From a virus: 64,000 nucleotides of DNA. A program made the translations under genes and the position numbers. The notes beneath the pieces are model-generated. The model was not told where the DNA came from. It made no database searches and saw nothing but the letters and a program-made list of their open reading frames with translations. Below, piece after piece: positions 63,213 through 64,000 of the stretch; the first letter of the stretch is position 1; the number at the start of each line of letters is the position of its first letter. The stretch spans positions 4,035 through 68,034 of IMG/VR virus record IMGVR_UViG_3300042896_001274, one strand, 5' to 3'.

Positions 63213-63868
63213 GTAAATGGCCCTCGTAATTCACCATTGATAGTTAGCCCAAACGCTTCCAATGTGTGATCAAAATCTCCAGTAGATACCACCAAGTCCA
63301 ACATAGACTTTGCGATGTCACGGATCTCTATTTGAGCATGCTTAGAATATCGTAATCGAATAAAGTGTACGAAACTTCGGAAGTTAAACATCACGTCGGC
63401 AGTGATCTGATTGCCATAAGGAAGATAGAGACGAGCAGATTCTTTTGCACGTTTCCGACTCATTCCTCCTTGAACCAAACGATCAAGTGCAGCATGATAT
63501 TTCTGAAGACTGGATTCTAAGTGTTCTATGTAGAGTTCTTGCTCGACTTGAGGCCAGTCTGTTGGAACATAGTACTTGTCTTCCTTAAGTTCCTTGTATC
63601 TAGCTGATTCTGCGTTGATAGAAACTCCAATACGATGTTTCAAGAGATGCACATGTGAAGCTATGTCGGTTGTTACAAGGAAGCTAATTGAGCTTTTTTC
63701 GAAAGGCGTTTCATGTCCATTCTCAGCAAGCATCTTGAGAAGATTAGGAATTCTGTTCTTCTTGTCTTCTGTAAGCTCACGTGACGTAGAAGTCCATGCT
63801 GAAAGTGCATGCGACTCATCTGATCCATAGATCCCGATTAACTCTACCTTGTTAGGTTGTGACGGCAT
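63209..63868 (-). CDS. thyX: flavin-dependent thymidylate synthase
   Basis: GHETPFE, LKHR..S.N.ESARY, E.AR..LP, NFRS..HFI.LR...HAQ.EIR. Confidence 0.93.
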   Translation of the reverse strand: MPSQPNKVELIGIYGSDESHALSAWTSTSRELTEDKKNRIPNLLKMLAENGHETPFEKSSISFLVTTDIASHVHLLKHRIGVSINAESARYKELKEDKYYVPTDWPQVEQELYIEHLESSLQKYHAALDRLVQGGMSRKRAKESARLYLPYGNQITADVMFNFRSFVHFIRLRYSKHAQIEIRDIAKSMLDLVVSTGDFDHTLEAFGLTINGELRGPFT

Positions 63869-64000
63869 GACCGTATATTAAACCACACCGTCATCATTGG
63901 ATATAGTCAAAAACCCTTGAGAATTTTATCAAACTTACCAGGCATCTTTTCTGATAACATTTTGATTACTTCAATGGCTTGCATGTAAGGAAGTCCACTC

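Noticed and set aside
255-63830. Numerous ORFs in the ORF track lying antisense to called genes (e.g. 1432-1929, 2356-2895, 13142-13636, 49564-49935)
   Set aside because: They are shadows of well-supported genes on the other strand and have no recognisable motifs or start signals.

Overview
This window looks like part of a large (jumbo-type) lytic dsDNA bacteriophage genome: densely packed genes, mostly on the minus strand, standard code 11, and no rRNA, tRNA or CRISPR array seen. Bases 1-10,000 hold about 22 highly diverged small 'xPGDLV' SH3/KOW-like paralogues, with purB and purA inserted among them. The middle carries a collagen/beta-helix fibre, a base-excision-repair set (MBD4-like glycosylase, Pol X, 5'-3' exonuclease), auxiliary metabolic genes (aceA, clpP, SOD, Dps, guaB, nitrilase, Hsp20, LD-carboxypeptidase) and an actin-like ATPase. 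Many otherwise unrelated proteins share an N-terminal 'MKITxxQLRxIIKEE' helix. Two replication-linked systems stand out. (1) A predicted sugar-hypermodified cytosine pathway: a ThyA-fold enzyme with the dCMP-specifying Asp, a dNMP kinase, a T4 BGT-like glycosyltransferase, two NDP-sugar epimerases and an all-alpha dNTP pyrophosphatase, with ThyX available separately for dTMP. (2) A dnaE gene fractured by a split intein around a zinc-finger/PD-(D/E)XK endonuclease gene. Two recurrent upstream motifs are visible: TAnnnT-N6/7-ATG (leaderless-type) and ATANTTA (putative late promoter). All calls come from motifs read by eye; no database searches were run.
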